Part shown: positions 36,437 through 46,268 of the stretch, one piece after another | Position numbering within the stretch: the first letter of the stretch is position 1 | How the letters are laid out: each line of letters starts with the position of its first letter | Origin: a virus | Virus record (IMG/VR): IMGVR_UViG_3300025174_000005 | Reading direction: 5' to 3' (one strand) | Length of the DNA: 64,000 nucleotides | Position numbers and translations under genes: made by a program | Notes under the pieces: generated by a model | What the model saw: only the letters and a program-made list of their open reading frames with translations | What the model was told of the DNA's origin: nothing | Database searches by the model: none

Positions 36437-37290
36437 AAACCGTATACCTCGTCAACTATTTTTATTATATCTTTCCATAAAAAATCTTGAACATGTTCAA
36501 AACCAGCATATCCATAGTACTTAGGTTTACTAAGACACTTATCTATTTGAGTTATAGCATCTTTAATATTATCGTAAAGCATACCATCTATACCTTCACG
36601 TATTAGCTCTGCTGGCGCCCCACTCATACGTCTAGCTACAACTGGTTTATGCATAGCCCATGCCTCTAATATACTAATGCTAAATGTTTCAAGCTCAGAG
36701 GTAAGTAGATAAACACTACATCTACGAAGTAAATCTTGAGCTAATGGAAAGGGTATGTTTTCACCCACGCAAGCTACATTACCATGTTTGGCTTGCTTTT
36801 CACAAACCTGTGGTAGGGTAGCCACAAACTTAAGATTTGGCACTTCGTTGGCTATATGTATTAGCTCCTCTGGACGCTTAATTGGGTCTAGTCTACCCAA
36901 CCAAAGTACAAAAGGTTCATACACTGGTTGTATGTTGTAATTAATGTCAGTGCCATTTGGTATAACAAAATCTATACGGAAGCCCTTCTGTTGAAGGGCT
37001 GACGCAAAACAATTAGATACTGTAAGATTAATAGGTGAATTTCGCAGGTTTTGTTCTACTATTTGGTTCTCACGTACAAAGTAATAGGGTGTGTCTTTAG
37101 TTATAATATTTAACCCATGACACGTATAAATATCTCTACGTAGTGATGACCACCCAGCGTGTACGTGTACTATGTCTGCGCCAGCAGGCGCATCCACTAC
37201 TGTGTGTTTAGTATATCTTCTAATTGCATCTAGGTGGCGCAATACACCACCACTAGCTATGGTTCTAGGAGGTAACAGACAAAGTTTCAT
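36415..37290 (-). CDS. Glycosyltransferase, GT4
   Basis: WLGRLDPIKRP; S..ETFSISILEAWA (EX7E); ELIREG.DG. Confidence 0.9.
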   Translation of the reverse strand: MKLCLLPPRTIASGGVLRHLDAIRRYTKHTVVDAPAGADIVHVHAGWSSLRRDIYTCHGLNIITKDTPYYFVRENQIVEQNLRNSPINLTVSNCFASALQQKGFRIDFVIPNGTDINYNIQPVYEPFVLWLGRLDPIKRPEELIHIANEVPNLKFVATLPQVCEKQAKHGNVACVGENIPFPLAQDLLRRCSVYLLTSELETFSISILEAWAMHKPVVARRMSGAPAELIREGIDGMLYDNIKDAITQIDKCLSKPKYYGYAGFEHVQDFLWKDIIKIVDEVYGLCNIARK

Positions 37291-38383
37291 ATATATGTTT
37301 CTCCAATAATGGTATTAATATGTCTGCTGCATTACTCATGGTATGTTTATTTAGTATATCCTGCCGAGCATTACTTACGTATGCTCGTGCTTCTTCTACG
37401 TTATTTATCATATACTCTATGCCCTTGACCCACTCTATATGCTTATTTTTTTTAACTAGCCATCCTGTTTTTTGGTGTTGTATGTTATCAGCGTACGATC
37501 CAATAGGTGAAGCTATCGTAGACATACCTGCCATAGTATGCTCGATCCACTTAATAGGACTTTTACTTAGATTAATTAGATCGTCTGTAACAGGTATGAT
37601 TCCTATATCTATTTGCTCGTCTGCTTGGAGCTGATAGTATTCTGGCACAAGTGCGCTACCTTTTACATAAAATACTCTGTCGCTGGGTGGGTTCTTCATT
37701 AGTCTTCTATAATCTGCACCTATAAATGTGAAGGTGGTATTTGGATATTGATGAAGTATTTGTTCTACAGCAGGTAGAGCTATCTTAAGATCTTCTTCGT
37801 GGTTATATCCACCCGACCAACCCAATTTAATAATGTCTCTTGGTGTCTTAGTGGGTATGTGTGGGAGATTATCTACATCTATAAAATTGGGCACCACATA
37901 TACCATACCATCATCTCGATGCTTAGCCATCTCACTGGCTAGATATGGCGTACTGGCCGTAGCAAACGTAGACTTATTAATTAACTGATGGATATTGTCT
38001 AGAACATTATATTCTATGTAAGGGCGTTTAAAGTGTGCTTGCATCGCAGGTGTTAATTGCACTTTAACTATACCAGGACGATACTCTATATAAGCTTGAT
38101 TCCAAGAAGGCATATGAAATACATCGTCATCTAAGTCAAAGATGGTAATCTTACCTAATGTGTTAGCTTGCTTAAATACCTTGAGCATGATGGGTAAATG
38201 ACTACGATAGGTATGTGTGATATTGTATTGCTGCATATCACTACTTATATGTACGCGATTAAGCTTAGCACTGGTCCAATCAGGTTGATATTTGCGTATA
38301 ATAGAAAAGGGTTGCTGACATCTATAGAAGTCGCAACCACCTTGGGCACCACTGTAAAATACCATAGAGGGTTTAGTTATCAT
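37265..38383 (-). CDS. Glycosyltransferase, GT-B fold (phage-type)
   Basis: GC.FYR..QP; FDLDDD; LGWSGG..H..DL; DIGIIP; KS.IKW.E...AG. Confidence 0.85.
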   Translation of the reverse strand: MITKPSMVFYSGAQGGCDFYRCQQPFSIIRKYQPDWTSAKLNRVHISSDMQQYNITHTYRSHLPIMLKVFKQANTLGKITIFDLDDDVFHMPSWNQAYIEYRPGIVKVQLTPAMQAHFKRPYIEYNVLDNIHQLINKSTFATASTPYLASEMAKHRDDGMVYVVPNFIDVDNLPHIPTKTPRDIIKLGWSGGYNHEEDLKIALPAVEQILHQYPNTTFTFIGADYRRLMKNPPSDRVFYVKGSALVPEYYQLQADEQIDIGIIPVTDDLINLSKSPIKWIEHTMAGMSTIASPIGSYADNIQHQKTGWLVKKNKHIEWVKGIEYMINNVEEARAYVSNARQDILNKHTMSNAADILIPLLEKHIYETLSVTS

Positions 38384-38423
38384 CTCCTTATTAGTATAAC
38401 AAGAGAGATGTGGTTAGTCAACC

Positions 38424-38915
38424 CTATTTCCAATAAACCTTAATACCCTTGGTTGTAAGTATTGTTTTAACCTGGGCTGAAGGGAAGAAGGAACCTGGGC
38501 AAGCTGTAGCCATTTGAGACTCTGCTATACTTAACTTAAGTACTTTGTTGGCTATATCTTTAACATCTCTGTGGCGACATATGGTTATGCCTGAGTATCT
38601 CTGTGTCCAACCTTCTATGACTTTATATAGTGAGTTAAGTTGAGCGTCTGTAGGCGTAAGCATATTAACCTTCTTGCCTAAGGAATCGTCATGGAAGTAG
38701 CCTAAAAGAGCTACAGACACAGAAATACCATTAAGTCCATAGTTTGCTGCGTTCTTAACTGATTCTGGCCTACCTAGTTCTACGATACCATTGCGATGTA
38801 TTATCCAATGATATGGTATGTCGCTAAATCCGTTGTTGAGTTCTATGGATTTTAATTGTTCGCGTGTCATCTCAGACGATGCGGTGTGATGGATACATCC
38901 ATACAATACACTCAT
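38424..38915 (-). CDS. N-acetylmuramoyl-L-alanine amidase (Amidase_2, T7-lysozyme-like) endolysin
   Basis: IHHTA, DIPYHW.I..NG.V..GRP, HRD, TACPG zinc ligands. Confidence 0.9.
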   Translation of the reverse strand: MSVLYGCIHHTASSEMTREQLKSIELNNGFSDIPYHWIIHRNGIVELGRPESVKNAANYGLNGISVSVALLGYFHDDSLGKKVNMLTPTDAQLNSLYKVIEGWTQRYSGITICRHRDVKDIANKVLKLSIAESQMATACPGSFFPSAQVKTILTTKGIKVYWK

Positions 38916-39268
38916 TAACGCCCCTTCATAAGTAGGTTAATAAGAAAGTAACCACCTGTTGAAAGGAAGTTTAAGAACAGAGCTATAACAAGGGCCCACA
39001 TCCTACCATCTAATTTCTCTACTTGTTTCTCACCAGCTTCTATACGATGGCTTATGTTGGTATCCAATGTACGTATCTCTGGACGTGATACTAGCTTCTC
39101 TGTAATGGTTGCTAGTGCTTCTGCGAGACGATCAACCTTTAGGTTGATGTCGTGAATCTCAGCATGCATATCCTTTTTGAGATCTCTAACATCTTCTTCT
39201 AGGGCTTCAACCTTAGCTGCAAATTCTTCAAAATTGTCTGTAGGTGCCATTATACTTCTACCTTCCAA
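38915..39268 (-). CDS. Coiled-coil protein with C-terminal TM (XhlA/holin-like)
   Basis: Heptads followed by MWALVIALFLNFL; directly upstream of the amidase. Confidence 0.65.
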   Translation of the reverse strand: MEGRSIMAPTDNFEEFAAKVEALEEDVRDLKKDMHAEIHDINLKVDRLAEALATITEKLVSRPEIRTLDTNISHRIEAGEKQVEKLDGRMWALVIALFLNFLSTGGYFLINLLMKGR

Positions 39269-40053
39269 TCAAATGGTAATGAGGCAATAGATCCTTTGAT
39301 ATAAAAGTAAGCTGGATCTGATGGTGCTGATAGATATACTGTGCCACCATCTTTAGATGTTAGTGTAATAAATGTAGGTACAGTACCCAGTCCATGGTAT
39401 ACTGATATTTGTACCCCTGGTACAATATGGGTAGTGTCTGAACCAACTATAGTAGCGAGTAACTTTCTAGGAGTACCCATAACTTCTTCATACCACTGTC
39501 CTGTAGCTGATGTCCCCACATCAAGTAACTCAATATAAGCAGATGTATTAACATCAAGTAGGTCAGTAGCTATTTCTGTTTGGGTAAGAGTTGCTCCATG
39601 TGGATTAAATGAGGCCATTAGGTGGGCATCTAGTCCAAACACACTACTTGATGGTATACCAAATAAACCCGTCCCCATACCTATAAATCCCAGTCCTGCT
39701 TCTATAAAACCAGCTACGCTTATATTACCGTCTTGAGCAGAAGGTGATGTGTCTTGTAAGAGAACTAAATCATTTATAAGTGGGTGAACAGATGCATCAT
39801 TAATATGATCTGGAAGCCTATTCCACATACCCGTATGATTATATACAGGATCTGGTATTAATATAGCTGAACTATCAAAGGTTTGAAGAGGATAGAAGAT
39901 AATATTCCCCACCATTACTCCACCATTTAGGTTAAGTACTTCATCTAAGATATCATCACCAAACCGTTGAATGTTAGATTCAACTATTGTTCTCCAAAAA
40001 GAAGGAACCAACCTAGTTATTGGTAGTACATTAAAGCTTCTTAATTCTGCCAT
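39250..40053 (-). CDS. Virion/tail fibre-associated protein
   Basis: C-terminal V.HGLG..P.F.....F.W domain typical of fibre tips. Confidence 0.6.
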   Translation of the reverse strand: MAELRSFNVLPITRLVPSFWRTIVESNIQRFGDDILDEVLNLNGGVMVGNIIFYPLQTFDSSAILIPDPVYNHTGMWNRLPDHINDASVHPLINDLVLLQDTSPSAQDGNISVAGFIEAGLGFIGMGTGLFGIPSSSVFGLDAHLMASFNPHGATLTQTEIATDLLDVNTSAYIELLDVGTSATGQWYEEVMGTPRKLLATIVGSDTTHIVPGVQISVYHGLGTVPTFITLTSKDGGTVYLSAPSDPAYFYIKGSIASLPFDWKVEV

Positions 40054-40062
40054 GGTCTTCCT

Positions 40063-40093
40063 TTACGCCCACGTAGTTTTATGCCCACGTAGT
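40063..40093. repeat. 15-bp near-perfect tandem duplication of a gene end
   Basis: ttacgcccacgtagt-t-ttatgcccacgtagt. Confidence 0.9.
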
Positions 40094-41233
40094 ATAGTCT
40101 ATGGTACATGATGGTAATACTGGGTGACTCACACCCTCTAATATGGTTTCGATATATATACTATTAACACCTAAGGGTATAGATGACATTAATCCTGTTT
40201 GATGAATGTCATTATCTGCACCTACATAGTAGATATTGTATGTAATACCCTCTACCTCTTCAGGATAAATAGCTTCTATAGATTTGTAATTATTGGTTGA
40301 TAAGGTAAAATTAGTTAGTATCTTAGAAGTATCTGAAAACCTACTGTTTAACACATTAATATTTCTGGCACCTAAGGAAAACACCTTATGACTTCCTAGA
40401 AGTTCGAAGTGCCGCTGACGAAATATAACACGCACTTGGATAGCTGGCGTGCTATCAAATACAAAACGCTGCCTTGGAGCATTCAGTAGAGGTTCTGATA
40501 ATAGTTCTGTCTCTATGCCAGTAACACTAATAACCTTGACGCTTAATATATCTAAAGAGAATTCTGGATATGGATCTACGATAATTGTATTGGTATCTAA
40601 GGTATTAATTATTCTCTGAGGAAGAAGGATAGTTACTTCAGCTAGTTCAGAAACAACATTTGACGTAGGAGAGTATAGTACCTGACGTTCCCAGTATGTA
40701 CTGTCATTGCCATCTATAGCAAGCTTAGGATCTTCCTGAGGTTGTATTAAGCCAGCCGTATCACTAATAGATATGATTCCATCTGGGAACACCGTAGTAT
40801 CAGCTAAGGTATCGTAAAGATATAGTTTGCTAGATGAGCTAAGAACATGTGGTATTAACTGTCCATATATGGTATTGTGTTGAGCTTGGTCTTGTGGAAT
40901 TAGCATATCATATGATGGAAATCCACCATAGGAAGTGATTGTGTTGTCATAGTATGTTGTAATCTGTGACTTGATACCATCGGGGTTAGTTAGAGAAGTA
41001 AAGAAAGTATTAAGATTAATTACTTTGCTTTCTAATTCCACTATCTTCTGCTTAAGAGCAGTATTCTCGTTGGTAAGTATGCGATTAACTTTTAATGTCT
41101 CATCATTCTGGGCCATAATCTCTCTGAATAACTCAAACATATCGTCGTGTGCATTCTTAAAAAACGTATTAAATATGTGGCTATTAGACGGTCCACGAAA
41201 TTTCAGAGTTGTTTGTTTACTTTTAAGTGACAT
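40079..41233 (-). CDS. Baseplate/virion protein with coiled coil and discoidin-like domain
   Basis: FRGPSNS..FN...D...LF; LAIDGNDSTYW. Confidence 0.65.
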   Translation of the reverse strand: MSLKSKQTTLKFRGPSNSHIFNTFFKNAHDDMFELFREIMAQNDETLKVNRILTNENTALKQKIVELESKVINLNTFFTSLTNPDGIKSQITTYYDNTITSYGGFPSYDMLIPQDQAQHNTIYGQLIPHVLSSSSKLYLYDTLADTTVFPDGIISISDTAGLIQPQEDPKLAIDGNDSTYWERQVLYSPTSNVVSELAEVTILLPQRIINTLDTNTIIVDPYPEFSLDILSVKVISVTGIETELLSEPLLNAPRQRFVFDSTPAIQVRVIFRQRHFELLGSHKVFSLGARNINVLNSRFSDTSKILTNFTLSTNNYKSIEAIYPEEVEGITYNIYYVGADNDIHQTGLMSSIPLGVNSIYIETILEGVSHPVLPSCTIDYTTWA

Positions 41234-41554
41234 CTAAGCTCTCGCCCTTATCATAAGTTTTAACATACTATCTATTCTATCTAATCTACGAAAATTTTCA
41301 TCGTCTCTAGTAACTACAGTGGGTTGTAACCCTACATTAGCCAGCTGCTCAAGGTCACATATCGTACCTAACATTTCCTGATTTAGATCAAAGGAACTTA
41401 TCGCTCCTCTAAAGGAAAGGTTACGATAAAAGTTCTGGGGCCTAGGCAATACAACCGATGGAAATATCTGAGCAGTAAGCAATGCCCCATCATTATCAAT
41501 AGTCAGTTCCCATAGGAACCCAGCTGGACTTTCTAAAATGATAGTTTCAGACAT
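41234..41554 (-). CDS. Small virion protein
   Basis: SPAGFLWELTIDNDGAL module plus FRGAISS.DLN motif. Confidence 0.65.
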   Translation of the reverse strand: MSETIILESPAGFLWELTIDNDGALLTAQIFPSVVLPRPQNFYRNLSFRGAISSFDLNQEMLGTICDLEQLANVGLQPTVVTRDDENFRRLDRIDSMLKLMIRARA

Positions 41555-41557
41555 AGA

Positions 41558-43639
41558 TTATATTATTTCCTTTTCGTAACCCATAAGTAGTTGGTAACCA
41601 TATATTCTTGGGGTTATGTGTGGATTCTTAGGATCTCCTTGTAGGGTAGCTCTGATGTATATAGTATCGGGTGTCCCGCTGGGACGCTCGGCGTAACGCA
41701 CCAAGAGGGGTACTGTTGGGTAATGATTAATTACTAGGTTATTTCCATCGAGAGCAAACCTACCATTATCACTACGTGCTGTTTGGAAGAATAGCTCAGA
41801 AAGAGTTACTTTTGTTAATGATTCATCTTCTGCCTGCCATGTAATACGCCCATCAGATGTATATGGATCTAAGGTAGATGTCTCTATAAGCTTAGTAGTA
41901 CCTTGAGGTATATAAAATCCATTAGTAAGTATAGTAATTGTATTACGCCCAAGATTGAGCTTTAGAGATATAGACGCTGTACTATTACTATTTTGGGTAT
42001 TAATAGATATCTTTTTATCGTTGACATATATACTTGTCCTAAACATATCTTTAAATATAGGGAATGAAACTGGGAATACTAAGCGCTGAAGAGCTAATAG
42101 ATCTGCAAGTACTATATCTTTCTTAACATTTATGATAGCTGTAAATTTATGTAGTATGCGTTCCGTGGGGAATAATAATGCATCCTGCTCAACGATCTTC
42201 TCGTAGTAAGGAAAGTCTATGGCATTACGATGTTGATATCTAATAAGAACATCGCCTTTGGTATTGAGCCTATTCTTTAATCCACCTCGTAGATCTATAA
42301 AGTCAGTAAGGGTAGGGGGTTGGTCGGGTATGGATAATCGTTCAGAGAAAGCATATTGATATGATTCCACCTTCCAATAATCTATACCTCTAGTGACTCC
42401 TATGTAGTCTATATTCTTAAAATTAGTAGTTATATCTCCCGTACTTAGATCTACAGCAGTAGTAAGGATGCGATTCTTCGCATCAAAGAAACCCCATGAG
42501 GTAGGCGTAATATTTTGTGTAAGCTCTGGTTTTAAGAATGCTACGTGATTCTTACCTTGGATATCCAATCCCATCCAGTCTTTATTATTAAATGAATATG
42601 ACCAATGTGTTGTTGTCGCTCCAGGTTTTTCTTCTTGTGCTTGTAATCTAAACGTACCTAGGGGTATTACCTTATCACCTTCGATAAAGTTGTGTGTTGT
42701 GGTTGAAATGTGTGCTTCTGGGAGGTATTTAAGATAGAGTAAACTGATGTTTTGAAGACCAAAGTGAAACTTCTTAGAAGAGCCTATGGTGATATCAGGT
42801 TTCTTCTTTATCATCTGGATAGTAATAGACGATACAAGTATGGGTCCTATATCCCATGATATAGTTCTACTAATATCAACTTGCCTCTTAGCTAGGATAT
42901 TATCCTGATTAACTACTACGCCTATGATTGTTGTGTCGACTGAATGGGGACGTAGCTCTATCCTAGTAACTGTTTGAGGAGTGGGTAATTCAACTAGTAC
43001 CTCTGCTATAAGTACATCCTGATCCGTAGTAACTATACTGTGCCATGTGGTATTCTCACTATCATCAAGTAAATTTTCAAGAGGTGACTTGGTCTCTGCC
43101 TCAGAACTATTACTATAAGTTACGGTAATATTAGAGCCTCGTAAGTCTACCTTATTACTAAGAGAGTCATGGTAGTTAAGCTGTATACATCCTTCAGGTA
43201 AGTTAACAAAAGCATCTGTATTATTGGTATCTACAAATTCATCACTTCGTATTAAGCGCTGTATGACATGAGGAGGTGGCTGTATTATCTTAACCATAGA
43301 TTCTTTAATACCTAGAAGACGTAATCGTATGCGTTCTCTCCAAGTAGTTTTAATATCAAAGTCTTTGAGCATGTCATTAACTTGATTCTTTCCCTCTTCA
43401 TAGAGAGTACTAATATCCTCAACTACCGTAGATAAGAAGTAATTGAGCGTAATAGGATTACTAACTGACCTGCGTTTTATTTTAAAGAACTTAGTTAATG
43501 GACTACCTAAAATAGTATTGCCAATTGACTTAATGAGTCCGCCAAAGAAAGCTTGTACCGAAGGGAAATGTCCTCCTTGTAAAAGTTTGGTTAATACTTT
43601 ATTAGATAGTCTTTCTAGTTGTATGCGTCTTATACTCAT
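41558..43639 (-). CDS. Virion structural protein with discoidin-like domain
   Basis: NLLDDSENTTW; C-terminal TPRIYGYQL. Confidence 0.65.
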   Translation of the reverse strand: MSIRRIQLERLSNKVLTKLLQGGHFPSVQAFFGGLIKSIGNTILGSPLTKFFKIKRRSVSNPITLNYFLSTVVEDISTLYEEGKNQVNDMLKDFDIKTTWRERIRLRLLGIKESMVKIIQPPPHVIQRLIRSDEFVDTNNTDAFVNLPEGCIQLNYHDSLSNKVDLRGSNITVTYSNSSEAETKSPLENLLDDSENTTWHSIVTTDQDVLIAEVLVELPTPQTVTRIELRPHSVDTTIIGVVVNQDNILAKRQVDISRTISWDIGPILVSSITIQMIKKKPDITIGSSKKFHFGLQNISLLYLKYLPEAHISTTTHNFIEGDKVIPLGTFRLQAQEEKPGATTTHWSYSFNNKDWMGLDIQGKNHVAFLKPELTQNITPTSWGFFDAKNRILTTAVDLSTGDITTNFKNIDYIGVTRGIDYWKVESYQYAFSERLSIPDQPPTLTDFIDLRGGLKNRLNTKGDVLIRYQHRNAIDFPYYEKIVEQDALLFPTERILHKFTAIINVKKDIVLADLLALQRLVFPVSFPIFKDMFRTSIYVNDKKISINTQNSNSTASISLKLNLGRNTITILTNGFYIPQGTTKLIETSTLDPYTSDGRITWQAEDESLTKVTLSELFFQTARSDNGRFALDGNNLVINHYPTVPLLVRYAERPSGTPDTIYIRATLQGDPKNPHITPRIYGYQLLMGYEKEII

Positions 43640-43640
43640 G

Positions 43641-44741
43641 TTAAAGTTCTGTATCTCCTTCTAGTAGAAGCCTATATCCATTAAGAATAGGTGTTAGGTT
43701 CTCTTGGTCGCTAGGTCGCGTAATCACTGCCATAAATTTAATTTCAAAAGCCTTATTATCTTGGGTCATGATACTGCCTAATTTAGTAGGATCTGCGCCT
43801 TCTGGAAGTTCTTGATTGATAATATATTTTCTGGGTACACTAGCAAATACATGACTCTTAGGTGCTATCCTATACCAACTCTGTCCTCCATCCATACTTA
43901 TGGAGTACTGTATCCACTCTGTTGTTCTATCAAAAGAGGGAGCTAATTTCTCGGAAGGTATATTTTCTGATACAACTAATCGAACTGTTCTAATATTAAA
44001 TGGTGTTATAAAGTTGGATGACACCATTTGAGATTGAGCCGCATATCTTTCAGATAGTATTGATATATCTCTGAGAGCTATAGCATATCTCCAGCCTTCA
44101 AATGATTCTAAGAAGGGACCAAGGACTTCTGTGGTGGTTTGTACGGTCTTTTTTGTCTTACCAAAAAGCCCCCCTATTGCTCCAAGAACACCACTGATGA
44201 TTGGTAGGGCTGTGCCCACTGCACCCAAAGCACCTCCCAATCCTCCTAATCCACCAATTCCAGGTATACCTATTGTCCCTGAACCTAAGATGCCAGATAA
44301 GCCTCCTCCACCTAATCCAGGAACAACTCCGCCTATAACGCTACCTAGAGCACCACCCGCAGATGGACCTATAAAGGATGATAGTCCTCCAGCTCCCAGT
44401 ATATTAGAACCCATGCCTCCGCCAAATATACTACCTAGATTACCTAGGCCACCTATATTGCCAAGCAATTGCTGAGGATTAACTAACTGAGTAAGAGATC
44501 CTAGAGGATTAGACGCCATACTACCAAGTCCAGGTAATCCCGTAAGACCAGAAGCTATGTTGGTTAACGAAGGAGATAGCGATGAAAGAATGGGATTATT
44601 TATGGACGCTAGAGCTGGTGTTGCTGCACCTATGCTCTGTCCATATAATATCTCCAGTGAGGGATCTGGGCCTGGAATGCGCCGTTCGGTAACACTCACT
44701 GATTGCTTAACTTTTGGCTTACCACCAAAGATGCCGCCCAT
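43641..44741 (-). CDS. Virion protein with long Gly/Leu-rich hydrophobic segment
   Basis: About 170 aa of G/L/S/P low complexity; C-terminal TPILNGYRL. Confidence 0.7.
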   Translation of the reverse strand: MGGIFGGKPKVKQSVSVTERRIPGPDPSLEILYGQSIGAATPALASINNPILSSLSPSLTNIASGLTGLPGLGSMASNPLGSLTQLVNPQQLLGNIGGLGNLGSIFGGGMGSNILGAGGLSSFIGPSAGGALGSVIGGVVPGLGGGGLSGILGSGTIGIPGIGGLGGLGGALGAVGTALPIISGVLGAIGGLFGKTKKTVQTTTEVLGPFLESFEGWRYAIALRDISILSERYAAQSQMVSSNFITPFNIRTVRLVVSENIPSEKLAPSFDRTTEWIQYSISMDGGQSWYRIAPKSHVFASVPRKYIINQELPEGADPTKLGSIMTQDNKAFEIKFMAVITRPSDQENLTPILNGYRLLLEGDTEL

Positions 44742-44743
44742 GT

Positions 44744-46258
44744 TTAAAATAATCCTGTCTTAACTTTAGTTGTAACTGTTGTATCTCTTTGTATCCAATA
44801 TATGTGTCCTATGCGCGTAGGATAGGACTGTGGTTGCTCTAAAAGTATTCGTATATATCTCACTGGTCTAGGTTCAAATATAATCGTATCTTGCTCTGTA
44901 GTTTCAGGTGTAATATTCTCATTTAGATCTATAAGCGTAGGATTAAATGAGGACTCTCTCGTTACTGTCCTCCACTCCCATGTAGTTCCAGCAAACTTAG
45001 CTGTCTCTGGATCGGGAGCTACCTGTATAGATATAATACGAGGAGCTCTGCCGTTAATTATCTTAGGTAATATAGATATGCGATTAAGTATACGTTCTTG
45101 TTGAAGAACTACTTTAATACCTAGTCTTAATGGCTTTCCTGTCTGGGGCGCACCAGGAACACATTGATTCTTAGGTGCGTTGGCTAATGGCATAGAAGGT
45201 ATTATATTTGATGATACATCTGATATGTTGGTATCTTGTATGAGTCTTCTGTCTTGAATACTCTGTGTGAATATGTTTTCAGGAGCAGACTTATGTATGT
45301 CTGGGGGATTAACTTGTTGAGGATCAAATACAATGGAACCAAGATGACTATCTGTGAAATCATCCCAATGAATATACTTCGTGCTACCTTCGTCACCTAA
45401 TGTAAATGAGAATCCGTAGCACATAGCGGGATCTGCCTTAAGAGATGGCTTAACATTCACCACCTCATACTCATACCATGTAGTAGGGTCTTTATCAATA
45501 ATATTTAGTATATTATTGTGAAGATCTTCTTCTCCAACAAAACTTATGTTGCTTGAGAAAGAACCACTATCCTTACTTACTGTTGTATTAACTTCATGTG
45601 TATTACCAGGGAAGCCATTGCTTCTAAATGTTATACTGCCCTTAGGAGGACCAGCTTCTAACATGGGTTTCACAGAAGGATTAAGTGCAAGATCTACAAC
45701 TGAGTTATCAACTGCCAATACAACCTCATCTGTGTAGTCACTAAAACCTTGTTTGGCAAGCATAGCTCCACCATTTTCGATTACACCTGTGGACTCTGCC
45801 TTATCTACCCTACTATCATCGTTGAAGTCATCACCAACAAAGAACTTAATCATACTACCTGCACTCGATTTAGGTGTAGAATATATAGTTACATCATTTT
45901 CTATCTTTGTATGAAGAGCTATGAGGTAATCATTCTCTACATTATGTAGTGCAAATAATTCATCTAATGTATGAGTAATAGTAAAATGCTCTTTAAAGAG
46001 AAGATTAATATCTAATCGCATTTGTTCTTGTAGGGTATTTATATCTTCTGCAATAGGCATACCTACAAAGAAATGATCTTCGATCCTTGGTTGTCCTATG
46101 TTTGTGTAGTAACTATCTATAGACTGTATTAATACTTGAAGTATGGATAGTTGTGTTTGTAGATCTTTACCAAAAGCTAATTTAAGGGCTTCTATGATAT
46201 CGTTGCCCTGCTCATTAGCTATAATTGATTGTATTTGATATAGAGATGGATTAGCCAT
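44744..46258 (-). CDS. Virion structural protein with discoidin-like domain
   Basis: NIIDKDPTTW; VRYIRI.LEQ; lacks the TP..GY.L terminus, which lies in the next gene. Confidence 0.65.
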   Translation of the reverse strand: MANPSLYQIQSIIANEQGNDIIEALKLAFGKDLQTQLSILQVLIQSIDSYYTNIGQPRIEDHFFVGMPIAEDINTLQEQMRLDINLLFKEHFTITHTLDELFALHNVENDYLIALHTKIENDVTIYSTPKSSAGSMIKFFVGDDFNDDSRVDKAESTGVIENGGAMLAKQGFSDYTDEVVLAVDNSVVDLALNPSVKPMLEAGPPKGSITFRSNGFPGNTHEVNTTVSKDSGSFSSNISFVGEEDLHNNILNIIDKDPTTWYEYEVVNVKPSLKADPAMCYGFSFTLGDEGSTKYIHWDDFTDSHLGSIVFDPQQVNPPDIHKSAPENIFTQSIQDRRLIQDTNISDVSSNIIPSMPLANAPKNQCVPGAPQTGKPLRLGIKVVLQQERILNRISILPKIINGRAPRIISIQVAPDPETAKFAGTTWEWRTVTRESSFNPTLIDLNENITPETTEQDTIIFEPRPVRYIRILLEQPQSYPTRIGHIYWIQRDTTVTTKVKTGLF

Positions 46259-46268
46259 TTGTATTTCC

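Noticed and set aside
44738-44750. Programmed -1 frameshift at TTTAAAC joining 44744..46258 to 43641..44741
   Set aside because: The heptamer is not in X XXY YYZ phase with the upstream frame; an AGGA SD and a 2-nt gap fit simple translational coupling
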